Position numbers and translations under genes: made by a program
The notes under the pieces: model-generated
The model's database searches: none
What the model was told of the DNA's origin: nothing
What the model saw: the letters and a program-made list of their open reading frames with translations, nothing else
Virus record (IMG/VR): IMGVR_UViG_3300012952_003943
Coordinates: 13,003-77,002 of that record
Source: a virus
Taxonomy: Duplodnaviria; Caudoviricetes
Length of the DNA: 64,000 nt
Direction: 5' to 3' (one strand)
Part shown: in pieces, positions 1 through 9,284 of the stretch
Position numbering within the stretch: the first letter of the stretch is position 1
Layout: every line of letters starts with the position of its first letter

Positions 1-761
1 AGCCTATAACCATTAGGCTTGCCGCTAATATCAACAGAGCTGCCGGTTACAATAGATACAGCATATGAAGATGACATATGCATAACAGTGCCAGCGTGAA
101 ATAACCCATCCCTGGATATACTAGTATACCTTGGATTGATATAAAACTCAAATGTAAATGCGTCTGCAGGCCGATATACCGTCTCACCAGTCAGCGATGA
201 AGATTGCGCAGGATATATGAGCGATGATGAGGTAGGAACATCATGAGGATATTCGGATCTAAAAAAGTTTAGGGTGTGATAGTTTGAAACAGCCCACTGT
301 AGTGATGGGTATTTTACCCTGTAATAAGGAAACAACACATCTCTTATTACATTCTTTCGCAGGGTATCTGCAGTTAATTTAAGAGAAGGCTCGAACCTTG
401 TGACCTCAACAGCCTTTTGCTTTCTGAATGATACGGAAGATGAATTAACTAGATCTAAATACTTCTCTGCAAAAAACTCAACATTGGATGCTGAAACTGC
501 AAAAATAGATCCAGACTCCACAAACCCTTGTGTAGACTGAACCCACTGGGTCCTATATGCCTCCACAGATCCAGTAGCATTAAACTCCTGCTCATTAAAT
601 GCAGATAGCTTAAACGCTTCTTTCTCTATCGGACTTGATTGAGCAAAAACCTTTACAGAGCCTACGATTGTTCCGTCAGAAGAAGAGCTAAATGTTCTCC
701 GGGGATGGGCCGTAAGTGACTGATTCTCAAAAAAGTCCGGCGTTAATGGTATGAGCGCCAC
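1..761 (-). CDS. Virion structural protein, probable LamG/concanavalin-like domain; 3' end runs off the window start
   Basis: Missing from the ORF track. GTG start at 761 preceded by GGAGG (767-771); the frame is open to the window edge (MALIPLTPDFFENQSLTAHPRRTFSSS...AFTFEFYINPRY...GTVMHMSSSYAVSIVTGSS). FTFEFYINP resembles the LamG FT-x-E-x-W-x-x-P strand. Confidence 0.75.
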   Translation of the reverse strand, partial: MALIPLTPDFFENQSLTAHPRRTFSSSSDGTIVGSVKVFAQSSPIEKEAFKLSAFNEQEFNATGSVEAYRTQWVQSTQGFVESGSIFAVSASNVEFFAEKYLDLVNSSSVSFRKQKAVEVTRFEPSLKLTADTLRKNVIRDVLFPYYRVKYPSLQWAVSNYHTLNFFRSEYPHDVPTSSSLIYPAQSSSLTGETVYRPADAFTFEFYINPRYTSISRDGLFHAGTVMHMSSSYAVSIVTGSSVDISGKPNGYR

Positions 762-778
762 AATTCCCTCCGGAGCAC

Positions 779-2077
779 CTAGAAATCAAGCCTTATCCGA
801 ACCGTCAAATCCTTTTCGTCATTCTTCTCTACTGGCCTAGACATTTTTGCGACAGCCAACAGGTTGTCATTTGCATCATATAATCCTACAGTCGTTGGGA
901 ACGTAAAAGATCTCTGTGTATCTTCAGATCCTTCATCGATTACTACGATCCTGTTTTCTGCGTCAGTATATGTTGGGTTTGATGAATAATTGAACTCATC
1001 GGCCGTTGCCCTACAGAATATCAATGTAGAGTTTATATTGGTAACATTCTGAAAGGTTGTTGCAGTAAGTGATCCCGACTGAAAGCGTGATGATGCCAAG
1101 TGATCAACGATGTTATCGATTGAGGCAGACGTAAAAAAGTCAGGAATAAAGAATGCATTTGCATTCGCCTGATTTGCCGGGCCACCGATAACCGTCTTTC
1201 CGGAAGATGCAGCGCCCTGGCTTGAGTCTGACATTGCATCAATGACACCAGATACTGGCTGCTTGCCGGCCATGACCTTTGATGCGTCAAGAACTGCAAC
1301 GCCCTGATCATAGAATATTACACCTACTGAGTGACTGGTGTCGGATGAATCAACAATGTTTCCTACCTCACCCCCGAATGTACTGCGTTTGTTAACTGCA
1401 GATCCTACATCCGTATAGATCTTCATGCTCCCTGTTGATGTATATAACAGGTTTGGGTTTGTCAGGGCCCTTGGACCTGTGCCGGCATCGGTGTAGTCAT
1501 CTCTATTAGAGTATCCACTCACAGCTGCGCTTGGCCACCCAGTTGCTTGCTCCTGGCTTGCTGACTGGTACATCCTGACTGCAAAGGTCTCTCGCTTAAT
1601 CTTATCTCTAGAGAAAAGTCTCTTAAAGTTAACAAAGATCGCTTCATCAATCCGGTTTGTGTTAGTCGTATCTCCGAATGGCGCAGCAAATGATGATACC
1701 TTGTCACCTAACAGCACCTGGGCGTACTGTTCATATACCTCCACTTTTTCTCTCATCATAATCGACGTAGATGGAAATAATAATTTTCCAGTAGAGTCTT
1801 CGCCTGACTTGCAGTCGGCGACAGTCTGTGACGTAGCAAATAGGCCAACCGTCATATCGAATATCGGATTAGCCGTCTGTAGCGTAAAGTCTTGGTCAAA
1901 TACTGTTTGAAACAAAGAAGACGTCACACCGGGACCAATCCCCCCGGTTACAAATACCTGGTATTTCTTTCTTGTTGTAGATCCAGAAACATCTTCCTGA
2001 ATAATATCCACCAACTGATTTAGAGACGATCTAGTTGTCTTAATGTCAGCAGCTGAGATTTCCTTAAATGTCGCCAT
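779..2077 (-). CDS. Conserved huge-phage virion/baseplate-associated structural protein (432 aa)
   Basis: C-terminus TTVGLYDANDNLLAVAKMSRPVEK...VRIRLDF matches a motif I recall from large-phage structural genes; SD GAGG upstream; lies in the structural operon. Confidence 0.7.
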   Translation of the reverse strand: MATFKEISAADIKTTRSSLNQLVDIIQEDVSGSTTRKKYQVFVTGGIGPGVTSSLFQTVFDQDFTLQTANPIFDMTVGLFATSQTVADCKSGEDSTGKLLFPSTSIMMREKVEVYEQYAQVLLGDKVSSFAAPFGDTTNTNRIDEAIFVNFKRLFSRDKIKRETFAVRMYQSASQEQATGWPSAAVSGYSNRDDYTDAGTGPRALTNPNLLYTSTGSMKIYTDVGSAVNKRSTFGGEVGNIVDSSDTSHSVGVIFYDQGVAVLDASKVMAGKQPVSGVIDAMSDSSQGAASSGKTVIGGPANQANANAFFIPDFFTSASIDNIVDHLASSRFQSGSLTATTFQNVTNINSTLIFCRATADEFNYSSNPTYTDAENRIVVIDEGSEDTQRSFTFPTTVGLYDANDNLLAVAKMSRPVEKNDEKDLTVRIRLDF

Positions 2078-2095
2078 CTTTTTTCCTCTGCCCTA

Positions 2096-2806
2096 TTACT
2101 TTGTTATCGTTACTTCAAATTCTTTTACAGCACCTGACTGGATTCCTGCCATCCTCAGTACTGTAGATATTGTATTTTTATCGCTAGCATTTCCGTATAC
2201 CAGAAACTGTGCATCAGTAATTGATTTTGTCTCAATCTCAACAGTCAGCCTTGACCCGCCGATTGCGGTTGTGTTAGGATCCCTAGTAACGATGTATGTA
2301 GCAATTGAGTCACTATCAACGTTATCAGGTGTTAAGCCCCTTATTTGCAAGAAGCGGTTTGGCACCTCAACAATAAATGCCTGATCTCTAAGCTCAACGT
2401 CAATCGTAGTCTCGTTTTGCACATCTTGAGTTAGTGTAAGAGACCTAGCAGATCCAGCACCGGATCTTGTCATTGATAGGCTAGTTGCAGTAGAGTTTAA
2501 TCCATCACCTGAAAGTGTAAATGTAGGAAGCCTGATCAGGTTTGGGTTTGAAACGCTAATCATTCTATTCTTCAGGCCGAGAGATGCGTTTGTTTGAGCT
2601 TCAAAAACAGGCGTGTTTTTTTCCACTTTCTCTTTTCCAACTGTGCGTCCAAACTTTTGTATGATAGAATAATCGACTTCATCATCTCCAAAAGCAAACT
2701 TAACAATAGAAAATGATCCATCGTTTCTAGCTAAAAATGCTCGCCCTGTGTCTGTGAGGACTGCATCAATTATAATATTGTTTGTTGAGTGATCTAAGAA
2801 TCCCAT
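2096..2806 (-). CDS. Conserved huge-phage structural protein (236 aa)
   Basis: N-terminus MGFLD...IIIDAVLTDTGRAFLARNDGSFSIVKFAFGDDEVDY; SD GGAG; structural operon context. Confidence 0.7.
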   Translation of the reverse strand: MGFLDHSTNNIIIDAVLTDTGRAFLARNDGSFSIVKFAFGDDEVDYSIIQKFGRTVGKEKVEKNTPVFEAQTNASLGLKNRMISVSNPNLIRLPTFTLSGDGLNSTATSLSMTRSGAGSARSLTLTQDVQNETTIDVELRDQAFIVEVPNRFLQIRGLTPDNVDSDSIATYIVTRDPNTTAIGGSRLTVEIETKSITDAQFLVYGNASDKNTISTVLRMAGIQSGAVKEFEVTITK

Positions 2807-2816
2807 GTGTTAAACT

Positions 2817-2830
2817 CCAATGGTAAATAT
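2817..2830 (-). promoter_or_regulatory. Putative late promoter element ATATTTACCATTGG (copy 1)
   Basis: Identical 14-mer in two intergenic gaps (here and 30979-30992), each just upstream of a structural gene start; a late-type sigma factor is encoded in the window. Confidence 0.5.
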
Positions 2831-2834
2831 AATT

Positions 2835-4625
2835 TCATTCAGAAGAGCGTAAATCCTCTACGTTAATCGTGACAACTTGTGCCTGTTGTCGATCGACATT
2901 TAGTATCTGTAGTTTATAAACGCCATCGTTTTTATCCGTTGCTAAGAAATGCATATCCTCATTATTTTTGTCTATGATAGATAAGTATTCCGGATCAAAA
3001 AATACAGTAGCAGTAAAATGATTACTGTCTTTCATTGAATCAACGGTTAACCCTGCCTTAAGGTAAAAATTCGGATACGGCTTTGGTGCGCCGGACGGGG
3101 ATATCATCTTTTTGACTAGAGAGTTTTTGTACCTGTCAAAACTGATCTCCATTTGTTCTGAGTAGTTTGATGTAAAGTCGTGGGCGTCCAAGCAACACAT
3201 AGCATATATGTATTTTGAATCTTTGGTAAACTCATCGTCGATATAAAAAAGAATAGGGTTTGATGTATAAATTACTGACGATGCTCGAGGAGTCTCAGAT
3301 CTAGGTGTCGGAATCACACTATCATCAAAGTCATACTCAATCATTAGTTCAAACGGCTCATTTATAGTTTTTCTTCTAAATAGCTGAAATCTCTTTATAT
3401 CTCTTTGAGAGTTTGTAGGAAAGTTCCACATCACCATTAGCTTATTAACTTGATAATCCCAAATGTACTTGATGTCTGCGGGGTGGGGAGGAGGTGCTGT
3501 CTCAATGCATTTTACCATCACTGAGTCTGAAGGCCTGGATGAGACTAGCGCGTTGATTGCAAAAACATCACCTGTCACGTCATTAAGCGCTTGCATTTGA
3601 ACTAGCGCTATAGCCCTTACTGAATAAGAATAGCATGAGCCGTACTTTATCTTGGAGTCAAACCCGCTTCCTACAGTTGGGCTAGTTAAGACAATAGGAT
3701 CTCTCTCGACCATCATACCGTCTGACATTACTTCATGCTTGTCAATCACATAACCTATGACTTTTGCAGCATTCTTAAATTCACCCTGCTCAACCTTTTG
3801 ATACGAAATAGGAACAATTGTACTAGAAAAATCATTCTCGGATAATGCAGCCAGCCTGGATCGTGAACGATACGCTTGCTGAAGGCTAGACAATGAATTT
3901 GCAAAATCAGACATTCTTCCAGAGTATGGGCTTAAAGAATCTGCAGCAGAATCTCTCAATACTGAGCTAATAAACTTGTTGTTAATTTGTGAATATACCT
4001 TAATCTTTCTTAGCTGCTGCAACTTGCTGACTTTAACTTCTGCATCTTGAGATGAATCAACATATGATACGCCATCTGCCTCGTTGTCAGTTATTAGCTC
4101 TAAAAGTGTGTCACCCTTCACTAGCTCGCTTGTCATCTCGTTTAAGACTTGCGCCTTATCAGTATCGCTAGCGTCGATGTCAGCCCTCATATTGACAGAC
4201 GCCCTGGTAAGAGAAGCCAACCTCTGTGCAATTGCATCGTCCTGTAATACGACCGCGCTGGTCCCTTTTGTCGCAATATCAAGTTCGCTTTGAATCTTTG
4301 AAAAGTTCTCAAGTATTAGTCGCTCTACGTCTTGTGAGTTGCTAATTTGTGTAACAAACTCATTATCAGAAGATGCGTTTGTCTTTACAGTGACTGCACC
4401 AAATGAAAACTTCACAAACCTAGGGACTCTTGCCTCGATATTTCTTAGCTGGCTTGGGGTCAACGTGAGGTCGTTAGAGGCTGCAGAGCCAGCTGCCCTG
4501 GGATCTCCGGAGTCATCTAACTTTTCGTCAGGTACAAAAAAGTTGTATGAAAACTGTGCATCAAAACCTTTTGGCTCTGGAACGTCTATAGAGGTTATAA
4601 CCATAGAGGGAAATGACGTTGGCAT
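2835..4625 (-). CDS. Hypothetical structural protein with FN3/Ig-like domains (596 aa)
   Basis: FN3-like signatures (PPHPADIKYIWDY..LMVMWNFP..IKRFQLFRR; YIDDEF..KYIYAMCCLD..TSNYS; KYGSCYSYSVRAIA); TAATG coupling to the upstream gene. Confidence 0.6.
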   Translation of the reverse strand: MPTSFPSMVITSIDVPEPKGFDAQFSYNFFVPDEKLDDSGDPRAAGSAASNDLTLTPSQLRNIEARVPRFVKFSFGAVTVKTNASSDNEFVTQISNSQDVERLILENFSKIQSELDIATKGTSAVVLQDDAIAQRLASLTRASVNMRADIDASDTDKAQVLNEMTSELVKGDTLLELITDNEADGVSYVDSSQDAEVKVSKLQQLRKIKVYSQINNKFISSVLRDSAADSLSPYSGRMSDFANSLSSLQQAYRSRSRLAALSENDFSSTIVPISYQKVEQGEFKNAAKVIGYVIDKHEVMSDGMMVERDPIVLTSPTVGSGFDSKIKYGSCYSYSVRAIALVQMQALNDVTGDVFAINALVSSRPSDSVMVKCIETAPPPHPADIKYIWDYQVNKLMVMWNFPTNSQRDIKRFQLFRRKTINEPFELMIEYDFDDSVIPTPRSETPRASSVIYTSNPILFYIDDEFTKDSKYIYAMCCLDAHDFTSNYSEQMEISFDRYKNSLVKKMISPSGAPKPYPNFYLKAGLTVDSMKDSNHFTATVFFDPEYLSIIDKNNEDMHFLATDKNDGVYKLQILNVDRQQAQVVTINVEDLRSSE

Positions 4626-7600
4626 TATTCTCCTCCCTCATGACCTAATGACACAGTAACAAAAAACTCGCTGAATGAACTATAGTTTTCAGATCTGGCC
4701 CTTGGCTTAAGCCTATACGTGGTATTTCCTGCATCATCCATAACCTCTTGTGTTAATTCTGATAATAGCTTACTATTGTACATTTGTTTACCAGCATCTG
4801 TCTCTCTAGTTGCATCTATATCTATATCAAAATCATCAGGTTCTACGGCAAGCATAAATACTCTATCAAATACCTTAGGTGCAATTATCCTTTGTTTCAT
4901 AATCGCTGAAGAGAATAAATTCGACGAACATAACATTCTAAAATTGTCTAAGTCTGCATATGATAGTTCAGGGCGCTCTAGCTCTTCCTGTGTATCATCG
5001 CCTGTCGTCAAGACTTCATTTATCGACGGAACTAAGTATCTCTTTGCTGAAAACTCATTTGCGACACGTACGGTTGTTGTTCCTCTCGTGGTAACTGTCC
5101 TTAGAAGATTTGAGACTGGAACATCACCAGTAGTAATAAATGGGGCAACAGCCTCACTAGTCTCAGAAAGCATCAGCGTGCTCATTCCGTCGGAATCAAT
5201 AGTAAGATCCAGGACGCTGTCACTCTCTGTAAACGTAGATTCAGTGATATTCATCCCAAACAGGAGTTGATAGTACAACTTTAGAATGTAATCAACGGCA
5301 TGGTTAGAAAGCATCTTTCCTACTGATAGGTTATCAATTGAGCTATATACATTGTTCTCTATTATCTCATTACCCAACATGGATGATCGTTCTTCAGAGT
5401 ATGTTATTTTGCTAAATTTGACTTTTGAAGAAAGCATGCTTTGTAACGTATCTCTTTTATCATCAATCTCTTCAAAAGCACCGGGCATTAAAAACATGGA
5501 TGCATCAAACAAAAATGTCTTAGGCTTAAATACTAGATCTCCAAACTCTAAGTCGCGCTTGTACACATTGACCTTTATGACAGCCTCGTCAGACAGCGAC
5601 TCAGTAGACACTTTTTTTCCTAAAATATATGGTGGGTTTAGTAGCGCACCAATCATTCCTGCAGGAATCCCCACTGATAGAACCCTGACATTTTCAGCAG
5701 TTATTCCAGAAAGGTAAGGATCCTTAAGGATAACACGCATGGCATTTACCTCATTCTCGGTTATCGTTCTTTGAGATGAAATGTAAGAATCATTTGTGTT
5801 TTCTGCAGATAGTTCTTTTGATAATACTCTCATAAGCCTTACCTGACTATCTGAAAGGGAAGACAGGATCCTTCTACCCATAGGGTTTCCTGTCATAACT
5901 TTTAGTGACTTTTTAATGTCGCTGGTAGAGTTCCTTAAGTCTAAAAAGTCAGATAACCTAACCGCAGACTCATTGACTGAAGTCCCTAACGCATCCAGTA
6001 TTGCTAGACCATTTTTAATAAACTCTAAATCAGTAACTAGCGACTCTAACGTCGAGTACATATTGTCAAAAACCGCATCAGAGTCTTCTGAGTCGTCATT
6101 TTGATTTGCAGCAGCCGTCAAAGACATTGACCCTCTTTCGGCTAGAAGATCTCTAGACATTTGAGAGAATGAAGTAGAGCGCTTTGACCTGGTCTCCCTA
6201 AGCCGATCCACAATCAGCTTGTCTTTTACTTTAGCAATTCCTAAAAGCTCACCGATAGCGTCTTTTGTGTTTTCATTTGAGTCAACCTTAAACGCTGTAT
6301 AGTTTTTGCCCTTAATGTTGACAGCCGTAGATGACACATACCTAGAAGTGAGATTGATGAATATTTCAAAGACTAGCATCAAAATCGCATCTTCATCAAG
6401 CTTGTTCCAGAGTGTTGTGCCCTCATCAGTAAATGTAGAAGATCCGCTATCCCTTCGTGATAAGTCTGCAGCACTAGCCTGTAGGGTTTTTGAAAAGTCT
6501 AATATAGAGGTCAACAAATCTTTTGATCTTCTAGTTGTACTGGAGAGAGAAAGCATCGTAGTATACACAGACTCAGGATCAACACGGTATCTCCTAAACC
6601 CTCTCGACTCTCTAGTAGATGCTTTTTCTATGTTTTCCTCATAGTGGCCAGCTATTTCTTTGCTAATGTCTGCCAGCGGATTCTTGATCGCGTTTGCTAT
6701 AATCTTTGGATCAATCCTCGGTACCGCCGTTAAGTTTGAGTTAGGAAATGCTTTGGATGTGTTCTTTGACATCTGAGGTGCTGACGTTCCTACAGTACTT
6801 AGGGTTGACCTTCGTGTGTGCCTTCTTGATCTACTCTTAACCTGCGTTTCTCTCCTAAACGGCTTCAGTTGCCTCGAATCTTTAGATCCCTTAGTGGTAT
6901 CATCCAAAATATCGCGAAGCTGCATTAAATATAGGAACACTGCATGCCTCATCGTCCGATCATCTTTACACTGCCTCAGCAAAGAAGCAATTATGAGCTG
7001 GCGTTTATCGACGTTCGTTTTTGAAGACATACCGCTAATACACTCATGAACAGATCTTAGTGCATCACGATAGATTGATGAAGGAAACAACGTTTCGTCT
7101 TCATCATCAGTGTTAACGAGTAGCGACAAAAACTCAGTCGCATCGCTTGTTACCTTGTTAAATTCATTTGCAAATGCTACATACGGCCCAACGTCTAGTG
7201 GTTTCCTTGTAACTTTAGGATCTAGAGGTCCCCGTAAAGCAACATCAATAAATGCAAAGCTTCCTGGATAGAAAACTTGATTTCTGCTATCACGAAAAGG
7301 CCGAGTCTCAAAAGGAAGTATCTTGTTTCCTGATGAGTCTTCAATTATCATAAAGTCAGCTATGCTTCCCTTTGGCCGAGTTGCAGATAATATTGTTCTC
7401 CCTGTATCACCTAAAGACTGATGCAGTCCGGCTGATCTGCTGTCTGCTACCTTGAACCGTTTCCCTAGAGTTTTATTTTTAAGGTACCCTATTCCAGCAG
7501 ACATTGTTAGCTCTCTAGACAATGAAACAATAAGCAGCTTAAGTGTTGATTCTAAGTCTGTGGGTAAAGAGTCGAGAAATGTCATATAATCATTCGAGTC

Positions 7601-9283
7601 AGATGCATCGAACTTTTTATCACCAAGCTTATTAAGCCTGAACTTAAAATTATGAGTCGGGGAAAGCCAGTCATAATTTATGCGAACTGAGCTTTCGTCG
7701 TTTTGCCTTTTGGGATTATTTTCGCTTAACAGGCCATAACTGTGCCTTGATATTGCCCTGTACATGTCTTCCAAAAACTGGCCTAAGACCTTTGTGTTTG
7801 AAAACTTTTCATATCCTTCATCAGAGAAATCTAGAAGGTTTACAAAGACAGACCTAAGATCTAAGCTCTCATTTTGTGGATTTGACTCGCCGCCTGACTC
7901 TAAAAGCTGCTGCGCAGATGCCGCTATTTTGCTTGAATTATCCTTTATGTCCAGCGAAAGCTTTGCAGCATCAAACTCGCCGATTGTAGATGACAGAACT
8001 TCAATAAACTTTTTGATCTGAACCATCTCATTAGAATAGTTTTCTGCCAGGGCAGTGTATGAAGACTCTACGTCTTCTGCTTTTATCTGTGAAACTGCAT
8101 CCTCAACATTCTCAATCTTTAATTGCCTGGCCAAGTAGCGTACGTCAAATAGATCACTAATATTGTTCTTTTGCCCAGAGTCTTTATAGATCGGTAAGAA
8201 ATCCAAGACACCAATAACCTCAGGCCGGTATGAACTTACGGACGCGTCTCTTAAAACTGCAGGTAATCCCATAGGGGACTCATATATAAATTCATCAGAT
8301 GTTGATGATGCATCAATATCCGGTGGCGGGTTAGGCTTTACAGGGACCGGGGGAATGCTAAATATCTTGATTGTCGGCATGGGATTAATCATCGTTGCCG
8401 CCTGAAGCCCTCTAGATAGTTTAAGGGTTGTTTCAGGAACTATCGCCCTCCACGGTCCTCGCCTTCTTAGGAGTGTTTGCTTTTTTGAATAGTTTAATCT
8501 AACCCTTTTTGACGCAGCATACTCTTTTTTTGCAGCAGGTGATAGAGCAGATGAGATTCTTCGCTTTCGAATGACCAACTGCCTATTCTGTACAACCGCT
8601 GCATCTCTAGCTCCAAGTGCAGATGACTTAAGTTTTGCTGCAGATAGTGCAATGCGGCTGACTCCAGGGTTCAGGTTTGATGCAATTGCCCTAGTTACAC
8701 TTCTCCCCTTTGCGACAGTTCTTGCTCTAGTTCCAATCTTAGAACCTGCATATATGGTGTGTGGCTTTTTTCTTGCTCTTGCCATGGCAACATTTTGAGA
8801 ACCCTTTTCACGGTTCATGTTCCCAGCCTGCTCAGCCATAGTCCTCGCCTGCTGAGCAATCAGCTCTTTTTTATAGGGCGCGCCCTTTGACGACTTAGTG
8901 ATTATCCCAGATGTTGCAGATCCTGGAGTGTCAGCTGCTGCAGTTATAGCAGACTTTGCCCCTTTTGATATTGCGGCTGATTTCTTTGCACCACGTGCTG
9001 ACTTTGAAGAGCGCTTGATTATGCTAGCGCCTCTTTTTAGCCGAGAGTTTCTATGTTTTTTTGAAGTAGACTTTCCCTTTGCTGTACCAGAGATGCTGAT
9101 CCCTATTCTCTGGTTGTCATCTATGTCGACGACTTTTGACTCATTGGAAGATGATTTTGCGATTGCAACATTTACGTTCATCTTTTCGCCGACCTGATCT
9201 TTTAAAGATCTTGTTCCTCCGCGAGCATTTTTAATTGCCTTAATGTTGAGATAATTTCTGCGCCTTTTACTCTTAATTGACAT
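4625..9283 (-). CDS. Large hypothetical protein with very basic N-terminal region (about 1552 aa)
   Basis: Long ORF. The true start is probably ATG 9283 (SD GGGAGG, directly after the upstream stop at 9285-9287) rather than 9370 as in the track. Function unknown. Confidence 0.7.
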   Translation of the reverse strand: MSIKSKRRRNYLNIKAIKNARGGTRSLKDQVGEKMNVNVAIAKSSSNESKVVDIDDNQRIGISISGTAKGKSTSKKHRNSRLKRGASIIKRSSKSARGAKKSAAISKGAKSAITAAADTPGSATSGIITKSSKGAPYKKELIAQQARTMAEQAGNMNREKGSQNVAMARARKKPHTIYAGSKIGTRARTVAKGRSVTRAIASNLNPGVSRIALSAAKLKSSALGARDAAVVQNRQLVIRKRRISSALSPAAKKEYAASKRVRLNYSKKQTLLRRRGPWRAIVPETTLKLSRGLQAATMINPMPTIKIFSIPPVPVKPNPPPDIDASSTSDEFIYESPMGLPAVLRDASVSSYRPEVIGVLDFLPIYKDSGQKNNISDLFDVRYLARQLKIENVEDAVSQIKAEDVESSYTALAENYSNEMVQIKKFIEVLSSTIGEFDAAKLSLDIKDNSSKIAASAQQLLESGGESNPQNESLDLRSVFVNLLDFSDEGYEKFSNTKVLGQFLEDMYRAISRHSYGLLSENNPKRQNDESSVRINYDWLSPTHNFKFRLNKLGDKKFDASDSNDYMTFLDSLPTDLESTLKLLIVSLSRELTMSAGIGYLKNKTLGKRFKVADSRSAGLHQSLGDTGRTILSATRPKGSIADFMIIEDSSGNKILPFETRPFRDSRNQVFYPGSFAFIDVALRGPLDPKVTRKPLDVGPYVAFANEFNKVTSDATEFLSLLVNTDDEDETLFPSSIYRDALRSVHECISGMSSKTNVDKRQLIIASLLRQCKDDRTMRHAVFLYLMQLRDILDDTTKGSKDSRQLKPFRRETQVKSRSRRHTRRSTLSTVGTSAPQMSKNTSKAFPNSNLTAVPRIDPKIIANAIKNPLADISKEIAGHYEENIEKASTRESRGFRRYRVDPESVYTTMLSLSSTTRRSKDLLTSILDFSKTLQASAADLSRRDSGSSTFTDEGTTLWNKLDEDAILMLVFEIFINLTSRYVSSTAVNIKGKNYTAFKVDSNENTKDAIGELLGIAKVKDKLIVDRLRETRSKRSTSFSQMSRDLLAERGSMSLTAAANQNDDSEDSDAVFDNMYSTLESLVTDLEFIKNGLAILDALGTSVNESAVRLSDFLDLRNSTSDIKKSLKVMTGNPMGRRILSSLSDSQVRLMRVLSKELSAENTNDSYISSQRTITENEVNAMRVILKDPYLSGITAENVRVLSVGIPAGMIGALLNPPYILGKKVSTESLSDEAVIKVNVYKRDLEFGDLVFKPKTFLFDASMFLMPGAFEEIDDKRDTLQSMLSSKVKFSKITYSEERSSMLGNEIIENNVYSSIDNLSVGKMLSNHAVDYILKLYYQLLFGMNITESTFTESDSVLDLTIDSDGMSTLMLSETSEAVAPFITTGDVPVSNLLRTVTTRGTTTVRVANEFSAKRYLVPSINEVLTTGDDTQEELERPELSYADLDNFRMLCSSNLFSSAIMKQRIIAPKVFDRVFMLAVEPDDFDIDIDATRETDAGKQMYNSKLLSELTQEVMDDAGNTTYRLKPRARSENYSSFSEFFVTVSLGHEGGE

Positions 9284-9284
9284 G

